Positions 1 through 9,539 of a stretch of 64,000 nt of DNA are shown piece after piece (the stretch's first letter is position 1; every line of letters starts with the position of its first letter). The translations under genes were made by a program, and so were the position numbers. Source of the stretch: Candidatus Latescibacterota bacterium (GTDB lineage: Bacteria; Latescibacterota; UBA2968; GCA-2709665); NCBI GenBank assembly GCA_965198095.1, contig OZ240239.1:1018816-1082815 (forward strand), in the 5' to 3' direction. The notes under the pieces were generated by a model that saw only the letters and a program-made list of their open reading frames with translations, had not been told where the DNA came from and did not search any database.

Positions 1-116
1 CCATTTCCAGGATGATCTGCCGGATCATATTTTCCGGGTCTTCTGCCCGGTCCAACAGGTCGTTGATGTTGGCTCTGACGATGTCTGCCATCCTTGAAAA
101 GGTGTCTCCGGACATG
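1..116 (-). CDS. pspA: Phage shock protein A / IM30 family, N-terminal part (gene continues beyond window start)
   Basis: Reverse-strand translation from ATG at 114-116 gives MSGDTFSRMADIVRANINDLLDRAEDPENMIRQIILEM, a near-canonical PspA/IM30 N-terminus. Not in the ORF track because fewer than 40 codons lie inside the window. Confidence 0.75.
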
Positions 117-184
117 GGTCGGTCGCTCCTCTGTGTCGAGATACCGTCGTGCGGGACGGGTGGACAGCCTTCGCCCCTCAGGCA

Positions 185-200
185 TTGCAGGATCTGTGCC
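185..200 (-). promoter_or_regulatory. Candidate sigma-54 (-24/-12) promoter upstream of pspA
   Basis: Minus-strand sequence cGGCACagatcCTGCAa has the GG-N10-GC spacing of a -24/-12 element, ~60 nt upstream of the pspA ATG. pspA is sigma-54 dependent in enterobacteria. A single motif match only. Confidence 0.3.
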
Positions 201-490
201 GGGCCGTTCCGGCGTGTTCGAAAACCATGGCAGGCGATGATTCTACCGCACGTTACGCAAAGGAATCCAGGCCGGGTTTCCGGACGCTGCCGGTGAGAGT
301 CGCCGATCCCAAGGTGGGAAGTCCCAACCGGCGTTCCACGGACATCTCCTCACAATATTAATCGACGCGACGCCGCTTGTCATGGGGTTTGTCGGTGCGA
401 AGGCGTCGCGCGACCCTTGCCAGTTCCGCCGCAAATGCTTATTATTTAGGTCCCTTCCCTATCTCCCGATCCTCGCTTTCTCTCATTCGT

Positions 491-1609
491 ATGATCCAGC
501 GTTCGACACTCATCGTCTGCCTCGTGCTCCTCTTGATGCAGATGGCTGCGGGAACGGCAGCAGGACTTTCACTCGTTTACGAAGTCCGCAGGGGGGATTC
601 GCTCTGGTCGATCGCTCGCCGGTTCAAAATGCCGATCGAGGAGATCAAACGGCTGAACGAACTCAAGGGCGACCGGGTCTATCCCGGGCAGATCCTGAAA
701 CTGGGCCGAAGTCCGGATGAGATTGCAGCGCCGAACGGGCCCTACTACTGGCGCAAACCTCGCGTCTCGGAGCAGCAGAGCCGGGGCTACCGGGAGCGAT
801 CGACCCGCAGCCCGCTTGAAGACTACCGGCGCGCTCGCGTACTCCTGAAGGCGTTCGATGCGGAGATTCAGTCGAAACGTTCTCGGGACCGCCGCCGCCG
901 GCTGCCCCTCGATGGCTGGAAGATCGTGCTCGATCCGGGACACGGGGGCATGGACCCGGGCGCCATCGTCTCGAATCGGGCCGGAAACGCGCCGGTCTAC
1001 GTCGTGGAGGACGAGTACGTCTACGACATCGCCCTCCGGATGTATGAGAGATTGGGATCTCTCGGAGCGGATGTGATGCTGACGGTGATCAGTCCGAACC
1101 ACCTGATTCGCGAGAACCTCCAGGCCGTGAGGACCTTCGTTCACGAACAGAACGAAGTGTATAACGACGAACGGATCAACCGGAGGCCTTCGGAGCGGGT
1201 CAGGCCCGGGGGACGCAATCTGACGCAGCGGGTGAGGATCACGAATCGCTTCCTGAAGCGCGCCCGCAAAGGGAGGAGCCTCTTTGTCTCTCTCCACGCG
1301 GACAACAGTCCGCAAAGGCCGAAAGGTCCGCTCGCGATCTACCTGAGCAGAAAGGGAAAAGTGGATCACCGGTCCCGGCGGTTTGCCCAGATCGTCCGGA
1401 AGGCCCTGGAGCAGCCGAACCTTCCGGCCCAGCTAAAGGGCCGGAATCTCGGCGTTCTGCGAAACAACAGGGCACACGCGGAGATCCTGGTGGAAATTCG
1501 CAATGTGCACGACATGGGCGAGGCCTGGGCGCTTCGGTTCCACAAGAACCGCCAAAGGGACGCAGACCGGATCGTGAACGGTATTCTGAGCTACGTGAAA
1601 GGGCGTTGA
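491..1609 (+). CDS. LysM-domain N-acetylmuramoyl-L-alanine amidase (Amidase_3), secreted
   Basis: Signal peptide MIQRSTLIVCLVLLLMQMAAG. LysM motif YEVRRGDSLWSIARRFKMPIEEIKRLNEL. Amidase_3 motifs LDPGHGGMDPGAIV and SLHADN. Start moved to the internal ATG at 491 ahead of the signal peptide. Confidence 0.8.
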   Translation: MIQRSTLIVCLVLLLMQMAAGTAAGLSLVYEVRRGDSLWSIARRFKMPIEEIKRLNELKGDRVYPGQILKLGRSPDEIAAPNGPYYWRKPRVSEQQSRGYRERSTRSPLEDYRRARVLLKAFDAEIQSKRSRDRRRRLPLDGWKIVLDPGHGGMDPGAIVSNRAGNAPVYVVEDEYVYDIALRMYERLGSLGADVMLTVISPNHLIRENLQAVRTFVHEQNEVYNDERINRRPSERVRPGGRNLTQRVRITNRFLKRARKGRSLFVSLHADNSPQRPKGPLAIYLSRKGKVDHRSRRFAQIVRKALEQPNLPAQLKGRNLGVLRNNRAHAEILVEIRNVHDMGEAWALRFHKNRQRDADRIVNGILSYVKGR

Positions 1610-1624
1610 GGGGATTGGCGGCTC

Positions 1625-2095
1625 TCAATCCCCGCTGCCGGGCGACGGCGCCTGGAGCGAGACCGGGTCTCCCACGCGCAACCTGCCCCCCTCGATCACC
1701 CGGCAGGTGACGCCGCCGCGCCAGCCTTCGTCGAGCGCGGCCCTGAGCCCGTCGCGGGCCTCGTCCATGAGGTCGCAGGGTGTGGTCTCTCTATCGACAT
1801 CCAGCAGGACGTCACCCACGCGCAGGACGCTTCCGGCTGTTTCCTCCAGATCGACGCCTTGAACGAGCAGATTCGCCCGGCGCACGGTCCAGGGAACGTG
1901 TGAACCCAGATCGGCGCACGCGAGCTCCCAGGCTTCTCGTGCCACGACGGTCACCTGGCGCGTGGGAAATCGACCCCGATAGTCCCCGTCGATCCCCGAC
2001 TCGCACGTCACGCTGGCCGTCTTCAAGACTTCAATCGGCGCCCCTTTCGCCGAGGCCACGGCGATTTCCAACAAGACGGCGGGATTCTTCAACAC
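1625..2095 (-). CDS. MOSC-domain protein (YiiM/YcbX-like)
   Basis: 156 aa with a MOSC beta-barrel-like sequence (GDYRGRFPTRQVTVV...VQGVDLEE...LRVGDVLLDV...GGRLRVGDPV). Confidence 0.5.
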   Translation of the reverse strand: MLKNPAVLLEIAVASAKGAPIEVLKTASVTCESGIDGDYRGRFPTRQVTVVAREAWELACADLGSHVPWTVRRANLLVQGVDLEETAGSVLRVGDVLLDVDRETTPCDLMDEARDGLRAALDEGWRGGVTCRVIEGGRLRVGDPVSLQAPSPGSGD

Positions 2096-2245
2096 GATAA
2101 CCCCCTCTCACGGTCCACCGGCAGCAAGCTGCCCATGCTGCACGATTCGCTTTTCCGGATCCGACCCACACCTGTCGTCTGCCGCGGGCGGCTCGTCCGC
2201 CCGTGAAGAATTCATCGGTCCAAACGTCTCGTATTCCGTATGGCC

Positions 2246-3361
2246 CTATCTCAGATTTTCGGGATTGAGGCCGTCCAGGGCCTTCGGGAGGAACCGGCCA
2301 TCTTTTCTGATGAGCGTTCCGTCGAAATAGATCTCGCCGCCGCCATAGGGCGGGGTCTGGATCATCACCATGTCCCAGTGTACGCTCGATCGGTTTCCGT
2401 TGTCCGCCTCCTCATAGGCCTGACCGGGCGTGAGATGGAAGGAGCCTGCAATCTTTTCGTCGAAGAGGGTGTCCAACATCGGGACTTGGATGTGGGGGTT
2501 GAACCCAAGGGCGAATTCCCCGACGTATCTCGCGCCGTCATCCGTATCCAGAATGTCGTTGAGCCTTTTCGTGTCGTTCGAACGGGCTTCAACGATCTTT
2601 CCGTGCTCGAACCTGAGATGAATGTCGTTGAACTCGAATCCGTGGTAGAGCGTGGGCGTGTTGAAACGGATCGATCCGTTCACCGACGCCCTAACGGGGG
2701 CCGTAAAGCACTCTCCGTCCGGAACGTTCCTTCGTCCCGCGCAGGGGACCGTCGGGATCCCTTTCGTGCTGAAGCTCAGGTCGGTTCCGTTGCCGAGGAT
2801 GCGGACTTCGTCGATCTGCGCCATCCGATCCTTCAAGGGCGCGATTGCGCCTTCCATCTTTGCATAATCGAGCGTGCAGACGTTGAAATAGAAGTCTTCA
2901 AAGGCTTCCGTACTCATCCTGGCCTGCTGCGCCATGGAAGGGGTGGGCCATCGCAGTACGACCCACTTGGTTCTGGACACACGAAGGTTGAAGTGGACCG
3001 GTTTGAGCCAATGATCTTCGTAGACGCGCACGACTTCGGTTTCGATATCGGACATTTCCGCGATGTTGCGACTGCCCCGGAGCCCGATGTAGGCGTGCAC
3101 GTGTTTCATCCGATACGCTTCGTAGTCGGCGATGCGTTTCGTTCCTTCTTCGTCTCCCGCACGGATCAGCTCCCGCTGGACTCGGGTCGCCTTGCTCGAC
3201 ACCAGAGGGATTCCCTCGGCCCGCCGAACCGCGCGCACGAGGGCGATGATCATCTCTTCCGGAATGTCGAACGTCTCGATCAAGACCGACTCGCCCGGCT
3301 GCACTTGGGTCGAATGACAGACGAGGAGGTCTGCGAGTTTGTCGAGGCGTGGATCGTGCAC
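2246..3361 (-). CDS. Aminopeptidase, peptidase family M29 (AmpS / aminopeptidase T-like)
   Basis: 371 aa. The N-terminus MHDPRLDKLADLLVCHSTQVQPGESVLIETFD is typical of M29 aminopeptidases. The overlapping plus-strand ORF 2240-3451 is antisense and rejected. Confidence 0.75.
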   Translation of the reverse strand: MHDPRLDKLADLLVCHSTQVQPGESVLIETFDIPEEMIIALVRAVRRAEGIPLVSSKATRVQRELIRAGDEEGTKRIADYEAYRMKHVHAYIGLRGSRNIAEMSDIETEVVRVYEDHWLKPVHFNLRVSRTKWVVLRWPTPSMAQQARMSTEAFEDFYFNVCTLDYAKMEGAIAPLKDRMAQIDEVRILGNGTDLSFSTKGIPTVPCAGRRNVPDGECFTAPVRASVNGSIRFNTPTLYHGFEFNDIHLRFEHGKIVEARSNDTKRLNDILDTDDGARYVGEFALGFNPHIQVPMLDTLFDEKIAGSFHLTPGQAYEEADNGNRSSVHWDMVMIQTPPYGGGEIYFDGTLIRKDGRFLPKALDGLNPENLR

Positions 3362-3615
3362 GGCTCAAGGTCCTCCGGGCCCGCGGTTCGGACCGCGTCC
3401 CCCTTGCCGGACGAGATCGGTCGTCGCGGTTGTGGGACGCGCATAACATAGCTGCCCCGATTTGACCGGTCAACCGAAAATCACGGCGTGACGGCCTCGT
3501 CGGAACCGGAACGGCTGCCGGGCCGGCTGCCGGGCGACGGCCCGGGTTGATTTGAACGCAGGCCGGATGTACCGTATATTGATCCGCCCTGGACACCTTA
3601 CCCGTGGAGCCGTTG

Positions 3616-4404
3616 ATGAGATTCAGGCCGTGCATCGATCTCCTGAATGGACGGGTTGCTCAGATCGTGGGGAGCAGCCTTCGTCCGAGCGGCGGGAACG
3701 GGCCTGACAGCAACTTCGAGACGCGGCGCCCGGCCGCCGAATACGCGCGTATGTACCAAGCGGACGGCCTGTTTGGCGGTCACGTGATCATGCTGGGCCC
3801 GGGAAACGAGCCGGCGGCGCTGTCCGCACTTCGCGCCTTCCCGGGGGGCTTGCAGGTGGGCGGAGGAATCACGCCTGAAAACGCGGTCCGGTTCCTGGAT
3901 GCCGGGGCGAGTCACGTCGTCGTCACGTCCTACGTCTTCCAAGAGGGTCTGTTGAACGAAACGAACGTGCGGCGCATGGTCTCCGAGGTGGGTCGCAACC
4001 GACTGGTGTTGGACCTGAGCTGCCGGAGGAGAGGAGAGACCTACGTCGTGGTTACGGAGAGATGGCAGCGCTTTACGAATCTGGAGGTGAACCGTGCGGC
4101 GCTGGAGTCGCTTTCGGCGTCCTGCAGCGAATTCATCGTTCACGGCGTGGACGTGGAAGGGAGGAGGCTGGGAATCGAAGCTGCCCTTGTCGAGAAGCTG
4201 GGCGCGGAGTCGCCGCTGCCCGCGACCTATGCGGGCGGCGCGCGAAGGCTTGAAGACCTGGACCGGGTGGACAGGCTGGGCGGCGGTCGGGTGAATCTGA
4301 CGATCGGAAGCGCGTTGGATATCTTCGGGGGAGACGTCCCGTATCGTGACGTCGTTGCGTGGCAGAGGAGACGGGAGAGCCGTTCCGAACCGGAGCCGGA
4401 GTAA
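3616..4404 (+). CDS. hisA: ProFAR isomerase of the eukaryotic His6 type (HisA)
   Basis: MRFRPCIDLLNGRVAQIVG..., VIMLGPGNE, LQVGGGI, VVVTSYVF, LVLDLSCRR, HGVDVEGRRLGIE, YAGGARRLEDLD and LTIGSALDIFGG align colinearly with yeast His6 rather than bacterial HisA. Confidence 0.8.
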   Translation: MRFRPCIDLLNGRVAQIVGSSLRPSGGNGPDSNFETRRPAAEYARMYQADGLFGGHVIMLGPGNEPAALSALRAFPGGLQVGGGITPENAVRFLDAGASHVVVTSYVFQEGLLNETNVRRMVSEVGRNRLVLDLSCRRRGETYVVVTERWQRFTNLEVNRAALESLSASCSEFIVHGVDVEGRRLGIEAALVEKLGAESPLPATYAGGARRLEDLDRVDRLGGGRVNLTIGSALDIFGGDVPYRDVVAWQRRRESRSEPEPE

Positions 4405-4515
4405 CGGAAAACGAGGACAAGGCGCGCCCGTCGCGCGACAGGTCGGCATCGCGGACTTCAGGGTCGCGCGTTGCGGGGCGTTTCTCGAAGCGATTGGCCG
4501 CCGCCTGGGTGGACG

Positions 4516-5550
4516 ATGAATTTTAGAGACATCGGTGAATTCGGTTTTATCGAGCAGGTTTCCAAGTACGGGCTCGTACGCGAGGAGGGCGTCCTTTGCG
4601 GCATCGGGGACGACTGCGCCGTCTTCTCGATGGGCGCGGGCAGGGCGCTGTTGGTGACCACCGATCTGATCTTGGAGGACGTGCATTTCCGGGCGGGTGC
4701 GTCCGAGCCGGAGGGACTTGGATACAAGCTCCTGGCCGTCAGCCTGTCGGATATCGCAGCGATGGGAGGCACGCCCAGGGATGCGGTCGTTTCGGTTGCG
4801 GTCCCGGAGTCGGCCGACGTTGGCGATGTGGCACGCATCTACGACGGTCTGCACGCGTGCGGCCGCCGGTTTGAAGTGAACATTTCTGGGGGCGACACGA
4901 CCCGCAGCCCGGGGCCGTTGCTTCTGAGCTTGACGTTGATCGGGGAGATGCGCGAGGGCCAAGTCCGATACCGATCCGGGGCCGGGGCGGACGACCTGAT
5001 TTGCGTGTCTGGCACACTCGGCGATTCTGCCGCCGGGCTGGCGCTGGTTCAGGGGCTGGAGGTGGAGATCCCCTCCCGTCACCGCGATACCTTGCTCCAA
5101 CGCCACCACCGTCCGGAGCCTCGGGTCGAGCTCGGCCGGCGGCTCGCAACGTCGGGCGTAGCCACGGCGATGATCGATCTTTCGGATGGCCTGACGTCCG
5201 ACATGGGGCATATTTGCAGACAGAGCGGCGTCGGGGCGGTGATCAGGTCGGACGACCTTCCTCTGTCTCCAGCCTACAGCGCTTTCTGTGGCGCAGCCGG
5301 AGTCGGCGCCCTGCCCAAAGCGCTTGCCGGCGGGGAGGATTACGAGCTTCTGTTCACGGCAAGGCCGGAGGGGGCTGAACGCGTTCGCGCACTGGGGAGG
5401 GAGGAAGGATGCCCTCCGATCTCGGTGATCGGACAAATCTTGGCGGGACCGGAACGCCTCTACCTGGAGGATGCGGACGGAGGACGAACCGCGCTCCAGA
5501 TGACCGGGTTCGATCACTTCAGGGAGAGGGATCCCCCGGAGGAAGGATAG
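4516..5550 (+). CDS. thiL: Thiamine-monophosphate kinase
   Basis: MNFRDIGEFGFIEQV..., LVTTDLILEDVHF, GYKLLAVSLSDIAAMGG and DLSDGL are ThiL/AIR-synthase-related signatures. Start set at the ATG at 4516. Confidence 0.8.
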   Translation: MNFRDIGEFGFIEQVSKYGLVREEGVLCGIGDDCAVFSMGAGRALLVTTDLILEDVHFRAGASEPEGLGYKLLAVSLSDIAAMGGTPRDAVVSVAVPESADVGDVARIYDGLHACGRRFEVNISGGDTTRSPGPLLLSLTLIGEMREGQVRYRSGAGADDLICVSGTLGDSAAGLALVQGLEVEIPSRHRDTLLQRHHRPEPRVELGRRLATSGVATAMIDLSDGLTSDMGHICRQSGVGAVIRSDDLPLSPAYSAFCGAAGVGALPKALAGGEDYELLFTARPEGAERVRALGREEGCPPISVIGQILAGPERLYLEDADGGRTALQMTGFDHFRERDPPEEG

Positions 5551-5639
5551 AAACAGACGCGTTGGGCAGGGTCGCGGAGCGTCGTTCGCGCACCCTCACC
5601 CGTCTCCGTTGACAGGCCCGCGGGATCCATTCAGCCGCG

Positions 5640-6014
5640 CTAGATCTGGTTTGCGGCGAGAATGCGACACCGAAGGGTCTTTTTCCGGGCCTGACGACGC
5701 TTTTGCTCCAGCCGCCTGGCGTTCGCGGTTCTGGAAGGTCTTGTCGAGATGCGGAGTCTTTTGGTGCGGTTCTTGAGGGTGAGCTTTCGCTGGAGACGCT
5801 TGTAGGCCAGCTGCAGGTTTCGTCCCTGAACCCGGTGTTCCGCCGCGACGGCCGTCAGTCCGGATGGGATGTGGACGATCCGGACGGCGCTTTCCACCTT
5901 GTTTCTGTGTTGACCCCCTTTGCCTCCGCGTCTGAAGGGGGTGACCCTGACCTCTCGTTTGATGGCGTCGAGATCGGTTGCGTAGGGCTTCTCCAGCGAC
6001 CGGGTCGAGTCCAC
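5640..6014 (-). CDS. arfB: Peptidyl-tRNA hydrolase ArfB (class-I release-factor GGQ domain with basic C-tail)
   Basis: 124 aa with RRGGKGGQHRNKVESAVRIVHIPSGL and a Lys/Arg-rich C-terminal tail. Confidence 0.7.
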   Translation of the reverse strand: MDSTRSLEKPYATDLDAIKREVRVTPFRRGGKGGQHRNKVESAVRIVHIPSGLTAVAAEHRVQGRNLQLAYKRLQRKLTLKNRTKRLRISTRPSRTANARRLEQKRRQARKKTLRCRILAANQI

Positions 6015-6032
6015 GCTGTCCTCATCGTTCCC

Positions 6033-7253
6033 TTACGCGAGTCCGGCTCGCCTGAGGGCGTCGGCCATGGGCCCGCCGTCCCGCCTGTCGGCCTTCTGCC
6101 CCTGCTTGTGAAACCGCCTGACCTCGCCCGCACTCATCTTCTTTTCCCTTACCTCCTGCGCGGCCTTCATCGACAACGAGATCCGTTTCTGGTCACGGTC
6201 GATCTTGGTGATGCGTGCCTCGACCTCCTGCCCGGCGGAGAGCTTCTCCTTCGCAGGCGTGTTTCCAGGCAACTGGGAAACGTGGACAAGCCCTTCCACG
6301 CCGGGGGAGATCTCCACGAACGCCCCGAACTTCTTGACCGAGACGATGCGCCCGGTGATCACGTCTCCCTCGGAAAGGCGTTCGAGCACCTCCTCCCAAG
6401 GGTCTGGCATCAGCGCCTTTATCGACAGGGAAATTCGTTCGCCCTTTTTCCCCAGGTCTTTCAGGTCGAGGATTTTGACCTGAACCTCCGAGCCTTCGGA
6501 AACGACCTCGTGTGGAGAGCGCACATTCGCGTGGGACAGCTCGGAGATGTGCACGAGACCTTCCACCCCGCCGAGGTCCACGAACGCGCCAAACCGTTCG
6601 AGTCGCGTCACCTTTCCGGTCATCTCCTTTCCCTTTTCCAGCTTCGAGCGAAGCTCCTGGGCTTGCCGGGCGACCTCCTCGTCCAGATGGGCTCGGCGGG
6701 AGAGGACGATATTGCGCCCGCCTCCTCGAAATTCCAGGATTTTGAACGTGAGTCTCTTTCCGACGTAGGATTCGAGCGCTTCGGAAGACCCGGTTTCGAT
6801 CTGTGAGTGGGGACAGAAGGCCCGGCGACCTGCCAGATTCACGACCAACCCGCCCGTGTTGAATTCCGTGACGCGTCCTTCCACCGGAAGGCCTTTTTGA
6901 AAGGCCTTTCTGACCTGACCGATGGTCGAGACGCGCAGACGGAAGGAAAGCAGGATTTCATCCGTCGTTGAAACGACGTAGGCCTCAATCGGATCCCCCG
7001 GGCCATACCGGAGGTCCCCCTCCTTGTCTCTGAGCTCCTCGAGGCGCACGACGGCTTCGCTTCGCCACCCGAAGTCGACGAAGGCGTAGGCGTCGCCGAT
7101 CTCCTTTATCCTGCCGGAGACACGCTGCCCGACGGAGACGTCCTGCACGCCGCCTTTCCCGGAGGTCTCTTCAAATAGGGAAGCGAACGCCGTGCTGGGC
7201 GCGTTCTCGACATATTTCCTGTCCATTTCGTTGACACGATGGGACGGGTCCAT
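6033..7253 (-). CDS. S1 RNA-binding domain protein (four S1 repeats, ribosomal protein S1-like)
   Basis: Repeated S1 motifs (G.V..I...GAFV.L..G..G.LH.S.L) four times. Start trimmed to the internal Met (MDPSHRVNE...). The antisense ORF 5703-6806 is rejected. Confidence 0.7.
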   Translation of the reverse strand: MDPSHRVNEMDRKYVENAPSTAFASLFEETSGKGGVQDVSVGQRVSGRIKEIGDAYAFVDFGWRSEAVVRLEELRDKEGDLRYGPGDPIEAYVVSTTDEILLSFRLRVSTIGQVRKAFQKGLPVEGRVTEFNTGGLVVNLAGRRAFCPHSQIETGSSEALESYVGKRLTFKILEFRGGGRNIVLSRRAHLDEEVARQAQELRSKLEKGKEMTGKVTRLERFGAFVDLGGVEGLVHISELSHANVRSPHEVVSEGSEVQVKILDLKDLGKKGERISLSIKALMPDPWEEVLERLSEGDVITGRIVSVKKFGAFVEISPGVEGLVHVSQLPGNTPAKEKLSAGQEVEARITKIDRDQKRISLSMKAAQEVREKKMSAGEVRRFHKQGQKADRRDGGPMADALRRAGLA

Positions 7254-7937
7254 TCCACGGGCCTCCTTCGACACGGAAACAACGACGGGGCTGAAGCTCA
7301 AATCTATTTCAAGGCGGCAAAAGTGCAACCTCTTTCTTGCGCATCTGTCGGAGGCCCTCTTTCCGGTTTCCGCTTGACTTGGGGTTTGATATCGGCGAAA
7401 TTAACGCGAGTGAAGTCACGGGATCGTGCAGGAAGGAGACCGGAGGGATGATCGGAAGGCGCCGGGGATCTATGGAACTGTTCCGGCGCGGGTTTCTGAT
7501 GGCGGCCGGGTGGGTTGACAGGAGGCCTTGTGGCATCGGAGCTCGGCCGGCGCGCCGCGGCGCATTTGGAGTCTGCGATCCAGGGGGCGCGTAGCAGGTT
7601 CAACGGACACTCGGGCTCGGACGAAGAGCGCGTCGACCTGCCTGAAGAAACAGGGGCCGACTCCGTTCAGCTCCGTTTCAATCGCACGGGTCTCTCCGGA
7701 TCGGATTCCGTTGACAGTTCGACCCGAAGCATTGCCAACCTCTTCAGAGCCACCTCAGTTCGTAACCGGGGTGGCCGTGTTCTTGCATACGGGCAGAATG
7801 AAGAAACAAGCCGTCGGCTTGTAGGAAGGCATTCGCCCTGGCCGGTCACAGCAATCCTGAACAAGGATCCGGGCCTGGTTAAGAAATGCTTCGGGTGAAA
7901 TCGTAACGAATTTCCGGGGACAGAAAGCACAGCTCGA

Positions 7938-9206
7938 ATGAGATGGACGAAGGGTTGCGTCGTCGCCGTTCTCGTATGTGTGAGTTCGGCAGAGGGCTAT
8001 CGGATGCAGACCGATGGGATCGTCTGGATCGCTGAAGGCCCTTTGGCGGCCGATTTCGACCACGACGGACGGGTCGGGTTTGCCGATTTCATTCTGTTCG
8101 TGACCCGTTTTGATACGCAGGCCGGAGAGCCGGAGTTCAGGCAGCAGTTCGACCTTACGAGAGACGGCGTCGTGAATCTAAGCGACTTCCTCTCTTTCAC
8201 CGAGGCATTTGGCAGCAGTCGGGAGAGTCAGCCGTCCCGTCCTGATTACGAGGTCTATGTCGTCGATTTTGGCGGCGACTTTGTGGGTGTCCTGGATTTC
8301 AAGACCCACCTGTTTCAGGATTATCTCGCCTTCCGGAGTCCGTCCGGGATGCAAATTTCACGAGATCGAGCGTCGATCTATGTCGCGGAGGCCTTCGGTC
8401 TTTTCGTGATGAATGCGGAACGGGAGCTCCTGTATTCCGTTCCGTTGGAGTCCGCGGGGCGCGTGCTGCTGAGTCCGGACGAGAAGCTCGTCTATGTCGC
8501 GGAGGCGCTCACTTCTCAGGTGACGATTATCGACACGGAGCGGCGTGCGCCCGTAGATACGATCGGGGTCGGCGCCGCGCCCCAGCAATTGGGCCTGACG
8601 CCCGACGGCAGAAAGCTCTACGTGATGAATGCGCTCAGCTCGGACATCTCGGTGCTGGATCTGGACCGCCGGGAAGAAGCGACGAGAATCGATGTCGGCA
8701 CCCAGCCGGTGGACATGCGTATCACGCCCGACGGTCGGCGAGCCTACGTGCTGAACGGGGAACGCGCGCTCATCTCGGTGCTGGATCTGGTCTCTGACCG
8801 CGTTGTCGGCGCGATTCCGATCGAAGATACCGGGAACGGGGGGCTCGCGTTTTCTCCGGATGGAGAGACGCTCTACGTGAGCTCGGCCGGGAAGCTGCTC
8901 GCCCTGGATGTCGGACGGAATCTGATTTCGAGAAGCCTGGACCTGGGGGGGCAATCGAGCGCGATCGGCATCTCGCCCGACGGCGCCCGTGCCTACGTGG
9001 CATCGCTCGTTTTTCAGAGTGGCGGGAGTGGCGTCACGGTCGTCGACCTCGTGAACTGGAAGGTGATGGGACGCATGCTGGGGTTTGTCTTCCCGAGCCA
9101 GATTGAATTCCGTGCGATCGAGGCCGGGGAAGGCACCTCGCTGCCCGTCGGGAAGGGTGTTCCAGATCCCGATGCAAACCCTGAACTGTCCACCAAACCG
9201 GGGTAG
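7938..9206 (+). CDS. Secreted protein: N-terminal dockerin-like Ca-binding repeat pair plus YVTN-family beta-propeller repeats
   Basis: DFDHDGRVGFADFILFVTRF and DLTRDGVVNLSDFLSFTEAFG are dockerin/EF-hand-like. Repeated 40-residue units LYVMNALSSDISVLDL / AYVLNGERALISVLDL / LYVSSAGKLLALDV match the YVTN propeller repeat. Confidence 0.7.
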   Translation: MRWTKGCVVAVLVCVSSAEGYRMQTDGIVWIAEGPLAADFDHDGRVGFADFILFVTRFDTQAGEPEFRQQFDLTRDGVVNLSDFLSFTEAFGSSRESQPSRPDYEVYVVDFGGDFVGVLDFKTHLFQDYLAFRSPSGMQISRDRASIYVAEAFGLFVMNAERELLYSVPLESAGRVLLSPDEKLVYVAEALTSQVTIIDTERRAPVDTIGVGAAPQQLGLTPDGRKLYVMNALSSDISVLDLDRREEATRIDVGTQPVDMRITPDGRRAYVLNGERALISVLDLVSDRVVGAIPIEDTGNGGLAFSPDGETLYVSSAGKLLALDVGRNLISRSLDLGGQSSAIGISPDGARAYVASLVFQSGGSGVTVVDLVNWKVMGRMLGFVFPSQIEFRAIEAGEGTSLPVGKGVPDPDANPELSTKPG

Positions 9207-9539
9207 CTCCGCTGTCGGCCTGCGCGGCTGGCGGGGCCTATGTCTTCCAGGCCTTTGAGTTCGGTTGTCCACCGGGCCGGTTTCCGCGCTCCTCTCCCGG
9301 GAAGCAAGAGCCCACCCCGGCCTCGAAGTCGTCCGGTTCGTCTGCGGGCCGCAGAAGCGTGACGCCTCCCCGGTGGCTTCCCTCCTCAGTTGTCTCCCTT
9401 TTATATTATTTGATATCTTTGCCTGCGCGTAGGCCATCATCATATCGGGTGGCGTCCTATGGATGCAAAAAGCGTGAGTCTCGGCCTGGTATCGAGCGAA
9501 GGCCGGGTGAACTCCGCGAGGATTTGCGAGGAGGAACTC

